Assembly (NCBI GenBank): GCA_049720475.1
Contig: JBNASH010000036.1
Span: 1,339 to 65,338 of the forward strand
Direction: 5' to 3'
Length of the DNA: 64,000 nucleotides
Source: Minisyncoccia bacterium
Lineage (GTDB): Bacteria; Patescibacteriota; Minisyncoccia; UBA6257; JAAZHW01
Shown here: positions 9,148 to 18,085 of the stretch, one piece after another
Position numbering within the stretch: the stretch's first letter is position 1
Layout of the letters: each line of letters begins with the position of its first letter
Made by a program: the position numbers and the translations under genes
Notes under the pieces: model-generated
Told to the model about the DNA's origin: nothing
The model's database searches: none
Seen by the model: the letters and a program-made list of their open reading frames with translations, nothing else

Positions 9148-9626
9148 AATTGAGTATTAAAACTTATTTCGCGAGTTTTTTCATCTACAATTTTAAATTT
9201 TATCCAAACGGCGTTTTTAGGAATTAATTTTTTGATTTTTTCCGGCCATTCAATAAAAACGAGATTTTTTGGTTCAGAAACAATTTCTTTAAACCCTAAA
9301 TTTTTAATTTCCGAAGGTTTTTCTAAACGATAGCAGTCGATATGATAAAAATTTTTAAAAAAATTTTTATGGTTGATTTTAAAATCTTTGATAATAACGA
9401 AGGTGGGGCTTAAAATTTTCTGTTTGATTTTTAAGGCGTGGGCAGCGCCTTGAACAAAATGTGTTTTACCAGCGCCCAAGTTTCCAGAAAGGGCAAAGAT
9501 GTGCGGTGGTAATAATCTTTTTTCTTTAAGAAGCGTTTTTACTAAAGTAACAGCAATTTTTTGTGTTTGTTTAGGGGAACAACTTTTTATAACGATTTTT
9601 TTCATAATATTCTTATTATAGCACAA
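9144..9626 (-). CDS. tsaE: tRNA threonylcarbamoyladenosine biosynthesis ATPase TsaE (YjeE family)
   Basis: P-loop SGNLGAGKTHFVQG and length about 160 aa typical of TsaE. Confidence 0.75.
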   Translation of the reverse strand: MCYNKNIMKKIVIKSCSPKQTQKIAVTLVKTLLKEKRLLPPHIFALSGNLGAGKTHFVQGAAHALKIKQKILSPTFVIIKDFKINHKNFFKNFYHIDCYRLEKPSEIKNLGFKEIVSEPKNLVFIEWPEKIKKLIPKNAVWIKFKIVDEKTREISFNTQL

Positions 9627-9673
9627 AAATTTTTAACTTGTATTTTCGGAATTTTTTTGTTTAAATATAAACG

Positions 9674-10954
9674 ATGAATGAATTCTTTGAAATTGAAGGT
9701 GGTCAAAAGTTAAAAGGCGAATTAGCGGTGGCGGGCAGCAAAAACGCCGCCTTAGCTATTTTACCCGCTTGTCTTTTAACGGATGAAGTATGCATTATAA
9801 AAAATATTCCGCTTTTAACTGATGTTTTGGTAATGATTGATCTGATGAAAAATTTGGGAGCGGAGATAGAATGGTTAGATGAAAAAGTTTTGAAAATTCA
9901 GGCTAAAAATTTAAATTCTAATGCGGATACAGTTTTAGTTAGAAAAATTCGCGCTTCAATTTTAATTGCTGGTCCAATTTTGGCTCGATTGGGTGAATTA
10001 AAAATTGCCAAGCCGGGCGGATGCCATATTGGGGTGCGTGGTTTGGATGCTCATTTTGAGGGATTCAAAGATCTAGGAATTGAATTGGTTGAAGAAAAAG
10101 TTGATAAAGAGAAATATTATTTAAAGAGGCCAGAAAAATTGCAGCCAACCAATATTTATTTGAATGAATTTAGTGTAACAGCGACGGAAAATTTAATGAT
10201 GCTTTTGGCTTCTATTGATGGAAAAAGTGAAATACATTTGGCAGCAGCTGAGCCGCATGTTCAAGAATTGGGAGAGGTGTTAATAAAAATGGGTGCTGAG
10301 ATTGAAGGTTTGGGTACTCATACGATCAAAATCAGAGGAGCCAAAAAATTAAGAGGAATAGAACACAGTATTGGTCCTGATTATATTGAGGCGGGAACTT
10401 TTTTCAGTTTAGCAGCAGCCACCAAAAGCAATTTGAAAATTTTAAATGTTCCGGTAGAGCATTTAGAAATGGTTTTTAGAAATTTGAAAAAAATAGGCGT
10501 TTCATATAAAATAGAAGACAAATCAGTATTTATCAATAGTGAAGATAGTTCCTTGAAAGCAGCCAAAATCCAAACCTTACCATACCCCGGATTTCCAACT
10601 GATTTACAGGCGCCATTTGCCGCGATGATGACTCAAGCAGCAGGAGAAAGTTTAATTTTTGATACTTTATTTGAGGGCCGATTTAAATATGTGGAAGAAC
10701 TAATACAAATGGGCGCTAAAATTTTTGTTTGCGATCCGCATCGTATTGTTGTCGTCGGACCAACGCCTTTGTACGGAACAAAAATAAAAAGTTTTGATTT
10801 AAGAGCCGGAGCAACTTTAATCATTGCTGCGTTAGCAGCGAAGGGGAAAAGTGAGGTTTATGGTATTGAGCAAGTTGATCGCGGTTATGAAAAAATCGAA
10901 GAAAGATTACAAAATATCGGCGCTTATATTAAAAGAGTCGTTCAGGAAAAATAA
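9674..10954 (+). CDS. murA: UDP-N-acetylglucosamine 1-carboxyvinyltransferase MurA
   Basis: EPSP-synthase fold length, active-site Cys context KPGGCHIGVRGLD. Confidence 0.9.
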   Translation: MNEFFEIEGGQKLKGELAVAGSKNAALAILPACLLTDEVCIIKNIPLLTDVLVMIDLMKNLGAEIEWLDEKVLKIQAKNLNSNADTVLVRKIRASILIAGPILARLGELKIAKPGGCHIGVRGLDAHFEGFKDLGIELVEEKVDKEKYYLKRPEKLQPTNIYLNEFSVTATENLMMLLASIDGKSEIHLAAAEPHVQELGEVLIKMGAEIEGLGTHTIKIRGAKKLRGIEHSIGPDYIEAGTFFSLAAATKSNLKILNVPVEHLEMVFRNLKKIGVSYKIEDKSVFINSEDSSLKAAKIQTLPYPGFPTDLQAPFAAMMTQAAGESLIFDTLFEGRFKYVEELIQMGAKIFVCDPHRIVVVGPTPLYGTKIKSFDLRAGATLIIAALAAKGKSEVYGIEQVDRGYEKIEERLQNIGAYIKRVVQEK

Positions 10955-10965
10955 AATTTTATTTT

Positions 10966-11973
10966 ATGTTTATTAAAAAAATTGGCATCGATTTAGGAAC
11001 AACAAATACTTTGGTTTTTGTACCCAAAAAAGGTATTGTGATTTTTGAGCCAACTATTGTCGCTTATGATTTGCATGATAATAAGATTTTAGCCGTTGGG
11101 AAGGAAGCAAAAGAGATGTTAGGTCGCACGCCCGAAGATATTGGTGCTTATCGTCCTTTAAAAGATGGCGTTATTGCTGATTACAAAACAACAAAGGCGA
11201 TGTTAAAATATTTTGTTTCTAAAGCGTTGGGAGGTTTTAATTTTTTTAAACCAACTTTAATTGTTTCTGGTCCTGCTGGCATTACCTCTACTGAAAGAAG
11301 AGCGGTAATAAATGCAGCTTTAGAAGCGGGCGCCAGAGAGGTTTATGTGGTAAGAGAGCCGATTTTAGCGGCATTAGGTGCTGGTATTCCTATTAATTCT
11401 GCTTCTGGTCATATGATTGTTAATATTGGTGGAGGCACAACAGAAGTTGCTGTTATTTCTTTGGGTGGAATTGTTTCCTGGGCTTCTTTAAGAGTGGCTG
11501 GTAATAGGTTTGATGAAGCGATTGTTAATTATGTAAGAAAAAAATATAATTTAGCGATTGGCGAACAAACAGCTGAAAAAATTAAAATTGAAGCAGGCGC
11601 AGCAATACCCTTAAAAAATAAAATTGAAACTGAGGCGAAAGGTAGAGATTTAACCAGCGGTTTGCCTCGTTCAATTGTTATCAATTCTAATGAAATTGCC
11701 GAGGCAATTACTCCTTATTTAGAGGAGATCGGCGAGGCAATTCGCAATGTTTTTCTAAATACCCCACCTGAATTAGCGGCTGATATTATTGAAAAAGGAA
11801 TTGTTATTTCTGGAGGAAGCGGTTTGTTGCGAAATCTCGATGAGTTTATTTCAAAAATTACCGGTGTTAATGCTTATATTGCTGATGAAGCGCTTTATTG
11901 TGTGGCAAAAGGAACAGGAATTATTTTGGAACATCTTGATATTTATAAACGCGCTTTATTAAGCAAAAAATAA
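10966..11973 (+). CDS. mreB: rod-shape determining actin homolog MreB (paralog 1)
   Basis: IGIDLGTTNTLVFV phosphate-1 motif, NIGGGTTEVAVIS, GGSGLLRNLDEFI. Confidence 0.85.
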   Translation: MFIKKIGIDLGTTNTLVFVPKKGIVIFEPTIVAYDLHDNKILAVGKEAKEMLGRTPEDIGAYRPLKDGVIADYKTTKAMLKYFVSKALGGFNFFKPTLIVSGPAGITSTERRAVINAALEAGAREVYVVREPILAALGAGIPINSASGHMIVNIGGGTTEVAVISLGGIVSWASLRVAGNRFDEAIVNYVRKKYNLAIGEQTAEKIKIEAGAAIPLKNKIETEAKGRDLTSGLPRSIVINSNEIAEAITPYLEEIGEAIRNVFLNTPPELAADIIEKGIVISGGSGLLRNLDEFISKITGVNAYIADEALYCVAKGTGIILEHLDIYKRALLSKK

Positions 11974-11974
11974 A

Positions 11975-12730
11975 ATGAATTTGGAAAAATATTTTAATCA
12001 AATAATCGAAAATAATAAAATCGAAGGCGGCTGGTTGTTTTTGAGTCTTGATGCTGAGAAAAGTTTTCAAAAAACACTGGAATTAGCTCAGAGAATTACC
12101 AACTCCTATTTAATTTATCTAATCGCTGACGAAGGATCATTAGACGAAAAAATAAAGGAAAAATTTCAAATATTTGCACCTGCGATTAAAAGCATTATAG
12201 AAATTCAAAAGCTTTTATATTTAGCCACCGAAGAAAAGAAAGTTTTGATTATCAAAACAGCCGAAGATTTATCGATTGAAGCCCAAAACTCACTTTTAAA
12301 ACTTACCGAAGAGCCACCACTTAAAACGACTATCTTTTTAATTAGTAAAGATGAAAATAATGTTTTGCCAACTCTTTTATCGCGCTTGAGAATAATTAAA
12401 ATTCCGCTTTTACCCAAAGATAAATTTTATCAAAAAAGAATCAACGAAAGTTTAAAAAAAGGATTGGAGCAAAAAAAATTAATGGAGGTTTATTTGGAAG
12501 AATTTTTAAATGAAAATGCAGTTGATTTTATCGAGAATCTAATTGTTTTGTTGCGCGACCAAATGCTTAATAAATTTGATATTAAAGATTATAAACATAC
12601 TGATGTTAAAGGTGAGATTGATGGTAAAATAATAAGAAATTTTGTTAAAGCACTTGAAGGTGTTAAATATGCCAATTTAAATCCTCGTTTACAAATAGAA
12701 AATATATTAATTAGCTTATCCAAAAAATAA
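11975..12730 (+). CDS. holB: DNA polymerase III delta-prime-like clamp-loader subunit
   Basis: LLKLTEEPP...TIFLIS...LPTLLSRLR resembles the delta-prime/gamma SRC-box region; AAA+-like but degenerate. Confidence 0.55.
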   Translation: MNLEKYFNQIIENNKIEGGWLFLSLDAEKSFQKTLELAQRITNSYLIYLIADEGSLDEKIKEKFQIFAPAIKSIIEIQKLLYLATEEKKVLIIKTAEDLSIEAQNSLLKLTEEPPLKTTIFLISKDENNVLPTLLSRLRIIKIPLLPKDKFYQKRINESLKKGLEQKKLMEVYLEEFLNENAVDFIENLIVLLRDQMLNKFDIKDYKHTDVKGEIDGKIIRNFVKALEGVKYANLNPRLQIENILISLSKK

Positions 12731-12779
12731 AAATAAATTATAATTAAAAAACCGCGGTCGAATATAATTTTTTTAAAAA

Positions 12780-13343
12780 ATGATAATCAATCAATTAATA
12801 GAAAAATTTAAAAAAGAAGGCCAAGAGATTATAAATAATTTTAAAGCAGAAATTGCCGGGATTCGATCTAATAGACCTCAGCCAGCTTTGATAGAAAATT
12901 TAAAAGTAGAATGTCCTTCTTATGGTTCTGTTTTGCCTTTAAAGCACATTGCTTCTATTCAAGTAAGTTTGCCAAACAGTTTAATTGTTCAAGTTTGGGA
13001 TAAAAGTAATGTTAATGCCTGCGAAAAAGCTATTCAAGCGGCTAATTTGGGTGTGACAACCGCTATCGAGGGATTTCAAATTAGAGTTATTTTGCCGCCT
13101 TTATCCCAAGAACGTCGCGAACAAATTTTTCAATTGGTAAAAAAGAAAGGAGAAGAAACCAAAATTCATTTAAGAGGAGCGCGAGAGGAAATATTAAAAG
13201 AAATAAAGAATCTTTTTGAGGAGAAAAAAATTACTGAAGATGATAAATATCGCGGGAAGGATGAATTGCAGAAGGTTATAGATGGTTTTAATGAAGAAAT
13301 AGAAAAAATTATCGAAAATAAAAGAAAAGAGTTATACGAATAG
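12780..13343 (+). CDS. frr: ribosome recycling factor
   Basis: Typical RRF length and sequence, IRSNRPQPALIENLKVE...FQIRVILPPLSQERREQ. Confidence 0.9.
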   Translation: MIINQLIEKFKKEGQEIINNFKAEIAGIRSNRPQPALIENLKVECPSYGSVLPLKHIASIQVSLPNSLIVQVWDKSNVNACEKAIQAANLGVTTAIEGFQIRVILPPLSQERREQIFQLVKKKGEETKIHLRGAREEILKEIKNLFEEKKITEDDKYRGKDELQKVIDGFNEEIEKIIENKRKELYE

Positions 13344-13357
13344 TTATCAATTGATCT

Positions 13358-14437
13358 ATGATGCTAATTATCATTTTTATTATCGCTTTAAATATTTTGG
13401 TTTTTGTTCACGAGTTGGGCCATTTTTTGGTTGCCAAGAAAAATGGTTTAAAAGTAGAAGAGTTTGGTTTGGGAATACCGCCAAGGATTTTTGGTATTAA
13501 AAAAGGAGAAACGGTTTATTCCATTAATGCTTTGCCGATTGGTGGTTTTGTTAAAATTTATGGTGAAGATGGTGACCATCCCGAAGAAAAAGAAAGTTTT
13601 GCTAATCGGCCGCCATTTACGCGCATTAAAATTTTAGCGGCTGGTGTGATTATGAATTTAATTTTTGGAATTATTCTTTTTTCTATTGGCTTTAATATCG
13701 GAATTCCGGCCGTAGCTGAAAAAGAAAATTTGGCATTCATGAAAGATATAAAACTTTCTATTTTAGAAATACAAAAGAATTCGCCAGCCGAGGCAGCGGG
13801 TTTAAAAATGGGCGATAGGATTTTAAGCCTTCAGAAAGGAGAAGATTTAATTGAAAACCCAACCGTTGAAGAGATGCAGCAATTTACTAAAAAATATGCG
13901 GGTCAAACGATTATTTTAAATGTTGAAAGAGGAAAAGAAAAGTTAACAATCGAGATTGTGCCTCGCGAAAAAGTTAGTGAAAATGAAGGTCCTTTGGGGG
14001 TGGTTATTAGCGAGACCGGTTTTATTCAGTATCCATTTTTTAGAAGCATTTGGGAAGGGATAAAGGCAGGTCTTTCTTTGTTTGTAAATGTTTTTGTGAT
14101 GCTTTTTATTTTTTTGAAGTCATTAATTTTTCAAGGGCGAATGATTGGAGAAGTAGCCGGGCCAGTAGGAATTACAGTATTGGGAACGCAGGTTTTAAAA
14201 CTAGGAACCGCTTATTTTATTCAATTTTTGGCGACTTTATCCGTTTATTTGGCGGCTATTAATTTAGTGCCATTTCCAGCATTGGATGGCAGTCGAATTC
14301 TTTTTATTTTAATAGAAAAAATTCGAGGAAAGGCTGTATCTAATAAAGTAGAAAATTTAATTCATACTGTTGGCTTCGCAATTTTATTATTGATTTTTGT
14401 TGTTATTACTTATCGTGATATTGTTAAATTATTTTAA
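13358..14437 (+). CDS. rseP: RIP site-2 metalloprotease RseP family
   Basis: HELGHF zinc motif in first TM, PDZ domain, C-terminal LDGS motif region. Confidence 0.8.
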   Translation: MMLIIIFIIALNILVFVHELGHFLVAKKNGLKVEEFGLGIPPRIFGIKKGETVYSINALPIGGFVKIYGEDGDHPEEKESFANRPPFTRIKILAAGVIMNLIFGIILFSIGFNIGIPAVAEKENLAFMKDIKLSILEIQKNSPAEAAGLKMGDRILSLQKGEDLIENPTVEEMQQFTKKYAGQTIILNVERGKEKLTIEIVPREKVSENEGPLGVVISETGFIQYPFFRSIWEGIKAGLSLFVNVFVMLFIFLKSLIFQGRMIGEVAGPVGITVLGTQVLKLGTAYFIQFLATLSVYLAAINLVPFPALDGSRILFILIEKIRGKAVSNKVENLIHTVGFAILLLIFVVITYRDIVKLF

Positions 14438-14482
14438 GGTCAAATTGAAAAAAATATAAAAAGTTTTAAAATAAAAAGAAAT

Positions 14483-15754
14483 ATGCTGCAATCACAATTA
14501 TTTTCTAAAGTTAGTAGGGATTTTCCCAAAGACGAAGTAGCGATTAATGCGAAATTATTAATTCGAGCAGGCTTTATTGATAAAGTAATGTCTGGTGTTT
14601 TTGTTTATTTACCTTTAGGTTGGCGAGTTTATAAAAAAATAGAACAAATTATCAGAGAAGAAATGGTAGCGATTGGAGGGCAAGAAGTTTTTCTTTCTGT
14701 TTTGATGCCTAAAGAACTATGGCAAAAAACGGGAAGATGGGATTCATTTGGTGATGCTCTGATGAAAGTTAAGGATCGTTCCGATAAAGAATATGTATTA
14801 GGTCCAACGCATGAAGAAATGATTGCCGAATTAGTAAGAAAAAACATTCATACTTATAGGGATTTGCCCAAAGCCATTTTCCAGATTCAAGATAAGTTTC
14901 GTGATGAACCGAGGGCAAAATCTGGATTATTGCGTGGCAAAGAATTTATGATGAAAGATTTATATAGTTTTCATGCCAGCCAACAAGATCTCGATAATTA
15001 TTATGAGGAAGCAAAAAAAGCTTATTTTAAAGTTTTTTCCCGTTGCGGCTTAAAATCATTTGCGGTGGAAGCTTCTGGTGCTGGATTTACCAAAGAAAGG
15101 GTTCATGAGTTTATGGTTAAAACGCCGGCTGGTGAAGATGTTACTGTTTTGTGTGAATTATGTGGCTTCGCTCAAAATAAGCAATTAGGAGAATATAAAG
15201 CTAAAAAAACTTGTCCTCAGTGCGGAGGTATTCTTAAGGAAGAAAAAACGGTGGAGGTGGGAAATATTTTTAAATTGGGAACCAAATTTAGTGAGGATAT
15301 TGGTGCTTATTTTATTGATCGCGATGGTCAAAAGAAGCCAGTTATTATGGGATGTTATGGTATAGGAGTGGGGCGTTTGATGGGAACAGTAGTTGAGGTT
15401 TCTCATGATGATAAAGGAATTATTTGGCCGCTAAGCGTTGCACCCTTTGCTGTTCATTTATTGAAAATTAATCATCCTGATGAAAAGATAGATAATAAAA
15501 TAAGAAAAGCAGCGGAGAAACTTTATAATGATTTATTGAAAAACAATATTGAAGTATTGTATGATGATCGTTTGGATTTTTCAGCTGGTGAAAAATTAGT
15601 TGAAGCTGATTTAATTGGTATTCCTTATCGAGTGGTGATTAGTGAAAAAACTTTACAAAAACAATCAGTTGAGGTTAAAAGTCGAAATAGTGATAAGATT
15701 GAATTTATTAAGCTATCGCAAGTGAAAAACTACTTTAAAAAAATTTTAAAATAA
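14483..15754 (+). CDS. proS: prolyl-tRNA synthetase, compact form lacking INS editing domain, with internal Cys4 cluster
   Basis: Class II motifs (FRDEPRAKSGLLRGKEFMMKDLYSF; GCYGIGVGRLMG), C-terminal anticodon-binding domain; CELCG...CPQCGG inserted between motifs 2 and 3. Confidence 0.85.
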   Translation: MLQSQLFSKVSRDFPKDEVAINAKLLIRAGFIDKVMSGVFVYLPLGWRVYKKIEQIIREEMVAIGGQEVFLSVLMPKELWQKTGRWDSFGDALMKVKDRSDKEYVLGPTHEEMIAELVRKNIHTYRDLPKAIFQIQDKFRDEPRAKSGLLRGKEFMMKDLYSFHASQQDLDNYYEEAKKAYFKVFSRCGLKSFAVEASGAGFTKERVHEFMVKTPAGEDVTVLCELCGFAQNKQLGEYKAKKTCPQCGGILKEEKTVEVGNIFKLGTKFSEDIGAYFIDRDGQKKPVIMGCYGIGVGRLMGTVVEVSHDDKGIIWPLSVAPFAVHLLKINHPDEKIDNKIRKAAEKLYNDLLKNNIEVLYDDRLDFSAGEKLVEADLIGIPYRVVISEKTLQKQSVEVKSRNSDKIEFIKLSQVKNYFKKILK

Positions 15755-15755
15755 T

Positions 15756-16808
15756 ATGTTTAAAAAATTATTATCCAAATTATCGCCGGGGTTAGGAATT
15801 GATTTGGGAACTGCAAATTCCCTTGTTTATTTAGAAAAAGAAGGGATTGTAATTAATGAACCGTCGGTTGTTGCTTATAACCAAAAAACTGGAGAAATTT
15901 TAGCAATTGGAAAAGAAGCTCAAGCAATGATAGGAAGAACGCCGCCGCATATTGCCGCTGTTCAACCCTTAACGAATGGTGTTATCTCTGATTTTGAATT
16001 AACCGAAGAGATGCTTAAATATTTTTATAAAAAATTCCGCAAATCTAAGATGGGAATTTTACCTTATCGTCCGAAAGTAATTATTGGGGTTCCTTGCGGC
16101 ATTACCGAAGTTGAAAGAAAAGCTGTGGCTGATGCTGCTTTAAATGCTGGAGCAGGAGAGGTTTATTTAATTGAAGAAGCTTTAGCAGCGGCCATCGGCA
16201 GTCATATTCCTATTTTTGAGCCTTCGGGCAATATTTTGGTTGATATTGGAGGTGGAACGACAGATATTGTTGTTATTTCTTTGGGTGGTATTGTTCGATA
16301 TAAGAGTTTAAAAATTGCTGGTCAAAAATTTAATGAAGATATTATTAGGTATGTTAAGGATGAGTATCGTTTATTAATTGGAGAAATGACGGCTGAGCAA
16401 ATAAAATTAGAAATAGGAGCAGCAAAAGTTAATGGTATGGAGAAAAAAGAGGCGATTGCTCGGGGCCGAGATTTAGCCACTGGATTACCAAAGGAGATTG
16501 TTTTAACAACAGATGAAATTGCTAAAGCGCTGGATAAATCATTAAAAGTTTTGATTGAAGCCATTCGTTCAACCATTGAAGAAACACCTCCAGAATTAGT
16601 AGCTGATATTTCAACAAAAAGCATTTGGTTGTCTGGCGGTGGCAGTTTATTGCGCAATCTAGATCGTTTAATTGAAAATTATTGTGCGATGCCTGTTAAA
16701 TTAGTCGATGATCCGTTAACGGCGACAGTGAGAGGGTTGGGAATGATTATTGAAGATTTGGAAAAATACAAGAATATTGTGAGTTATGAATCACAAACAA
16801 AAGAATAG
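15756..16808 (+). CDS. mreB: MreB paralog 2 (actin-like)
   Basis: LGIDLGTANSLVYL, DIGGGTTDIVVIS, LSGGGSLLRNLD; immediately upstream of mreC/mreD. Confidence 0.8.
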   Translation: MFKKLLSKLSPGLGIDLGTANSLVYLEKEGIVINEPSVVAYNQKTGEILAIGKEAQAMIGRTPPHIAAVQPLTNGVISDFELTEEMLKYFYKKFRKSKMGILPYRPKVIIGVPCGITEVERKAVADAALNAGAGEVYLIEEALAAAIGSHIPIFEPSGNILVDIGGGTTDIVVISLGGIVRYKSLKIAGQKFNEDIIRYVKDEYRLLIGEMTAEQIKLEIGAAKVNGMEKKEAIARGRDLATGLPKEIVLTTDEIAKALDKSLKVLIEAIRSTIEETPPELVADISTKSIWLSGGGSLLRNLDRLIENYCAMPVKLVDDPLTATVRGLGMIIEDLEKYKNIVSYESQTKE

Positions 16809-17562
16809 TTTAATAATTATTATTCTTGTTTTAATTTTGTTCCAATTTCAATTTGTTTCAGCAGCAACCGAATCAAAGAGCTTTTTTGAGGGCTTGAGGT
16901 TGTTTTTTCTCAAAATCATTAAGGGGGTAGATTATTGGGTTAACGGCCTTATTAAATACAAAGATCTCCAAGAAGAGAACAATCTTTTAATTTTTCAAAA
17001 CCGAGCCTTAAAATCGCTTTTAATTGAATATCAAGATTTGAAATCAGAAAATGAACTTTTAAAAGAAGCCCTGCAATTAAAAAAATCAAAAAATTTTAAT
17101 TTTGTTTTAGCAAATGTTGTTGGCCGTTCGCCATTAAATTTTTCTCAAACATTTATTATTGATAAAGGAGAGGAGGATGGGATTAAAGTTGGTCAAATAG
17201 TTGTGTGGGGAGGAAAAACATTAGTGGGTGAAATCATAAATGTTTCTAAGAGTTTCAGTACCGTTAGAGCCATTACTGATTCGGATTTTAAAGCAGCAGT
17301 TTTTGTTGGCGAAAATAAAGAGGAAGGACTTTTTAATGGTAATGATTTTTTGCCGCCTCGTGTTGATTTGATTCCTCTTAAAGCGCAAATTAATGAAGGT
17401 GATATTGTTTATACTTCCGGATTGGATAATAAGTTCATTAAGAATTTATATGTTGGAGAGGTAAAAGAAATAATTAAATCACCTGGAAAAATTTTTCAAG
17501 AGATAAAAGTAGAGCCAGCTATTGATTGGACAAAGTTGTATCAAGTTTTAGTTATTATCTAA
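16786..17562 (+). CDS. mreC: rod-shape determining protein MreC
   Basis: N-terminal TM, coiled-coil, then beta-rich domain VVGRSPLNFSQTFIIDKGEEDGIKVGQIV; synteny mreB-mreC-mreD-PBP2. Confidence 0.7.
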   Translation: MNHKQKNSLIIIILVLILFQFQFVSAATESKSFFEGLRLFFLKIIKGVDYWVNGLIKYKDLQEENNLLIFQNRALKSLLIEYQDLKSENELLKEALQLKKSKNFNFVLANVVGRSPLNFSQTFIIDKGEEDGIKVGQIVVWGGKTLVGEIINVSKSFSTVRAITDSDFKAAVFVGENKEEGLFNGNDFLPPRVDLIPLKAQINEGDIVYTSGLDNKFIKNLYVGEVKEIIKSPGKIFQEIKVEPAIDWTKLYQVLVII

Positions 17563-17563
17563 A

Positions 17564-18085
17564 ATGAAAAAGAATATCAATAATTTTTTAAAAATAATTC
17601 TTTTTGGATTTTTTATTGGCATTCTCGCTTTATTACAGATAACCTTTATTAATTGGTTTGATATTTTTGGAGTAAAAATAAATCTTGTTTTAATTGGTAT
17701 TTTAGCTAATATTTTTAATCCGAGTTGGCCTTTGATTTTGGTTGGGACTTTTATTGGTGGTTTGGTATATGATTTTACAAGTTTATTTAACTTTACTTAT
17801 ACAATTAGTTTTTTAATTTTGGTATTATTGTTTCGATTCTTGGGAAGAAAATATTTAGTAGAAAAACATCTTTTTTTAAATTTTTTCTTTGGTTTTTTGG
17901 GCACTATTATTTTCAATTTTCTTTATGTCTCCATTAATTATTTCTTTTTCCGAAATAACTTCTTTGGTTATTTTTTGAGTTGGAATCATCTTTTGGAAAT
18001 TGGAATTAATGCTTTTCTTGTTTTTCTTTTAGGTTTGATTGGAGAAGCTTTTAAAATAACATTAAAAATAATTAGAAAACAATGA
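17564..18085 (+). CDS. mreD: MreD-like polytopic membrane protein
   Basis: About 170 aa, 4-5 hydrophobic helices, position between mreC and PBP2. Confidence 0.45.
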   Translation: MKKNINNFLKIILFGFFIGILALLQITFINWFDIFGVKINLVLIGILANIFNPSWPLILVGTFIGGLVYDFTSLFNFTYTISFLILVLLFRFLGRKYLVEKHLFLNFFFGFLGTIIFNFLYVSINYFFFRNNFFGYFLSWNHLLEIGINAFLVFLLGLIGEAFKITLKIIRKQ

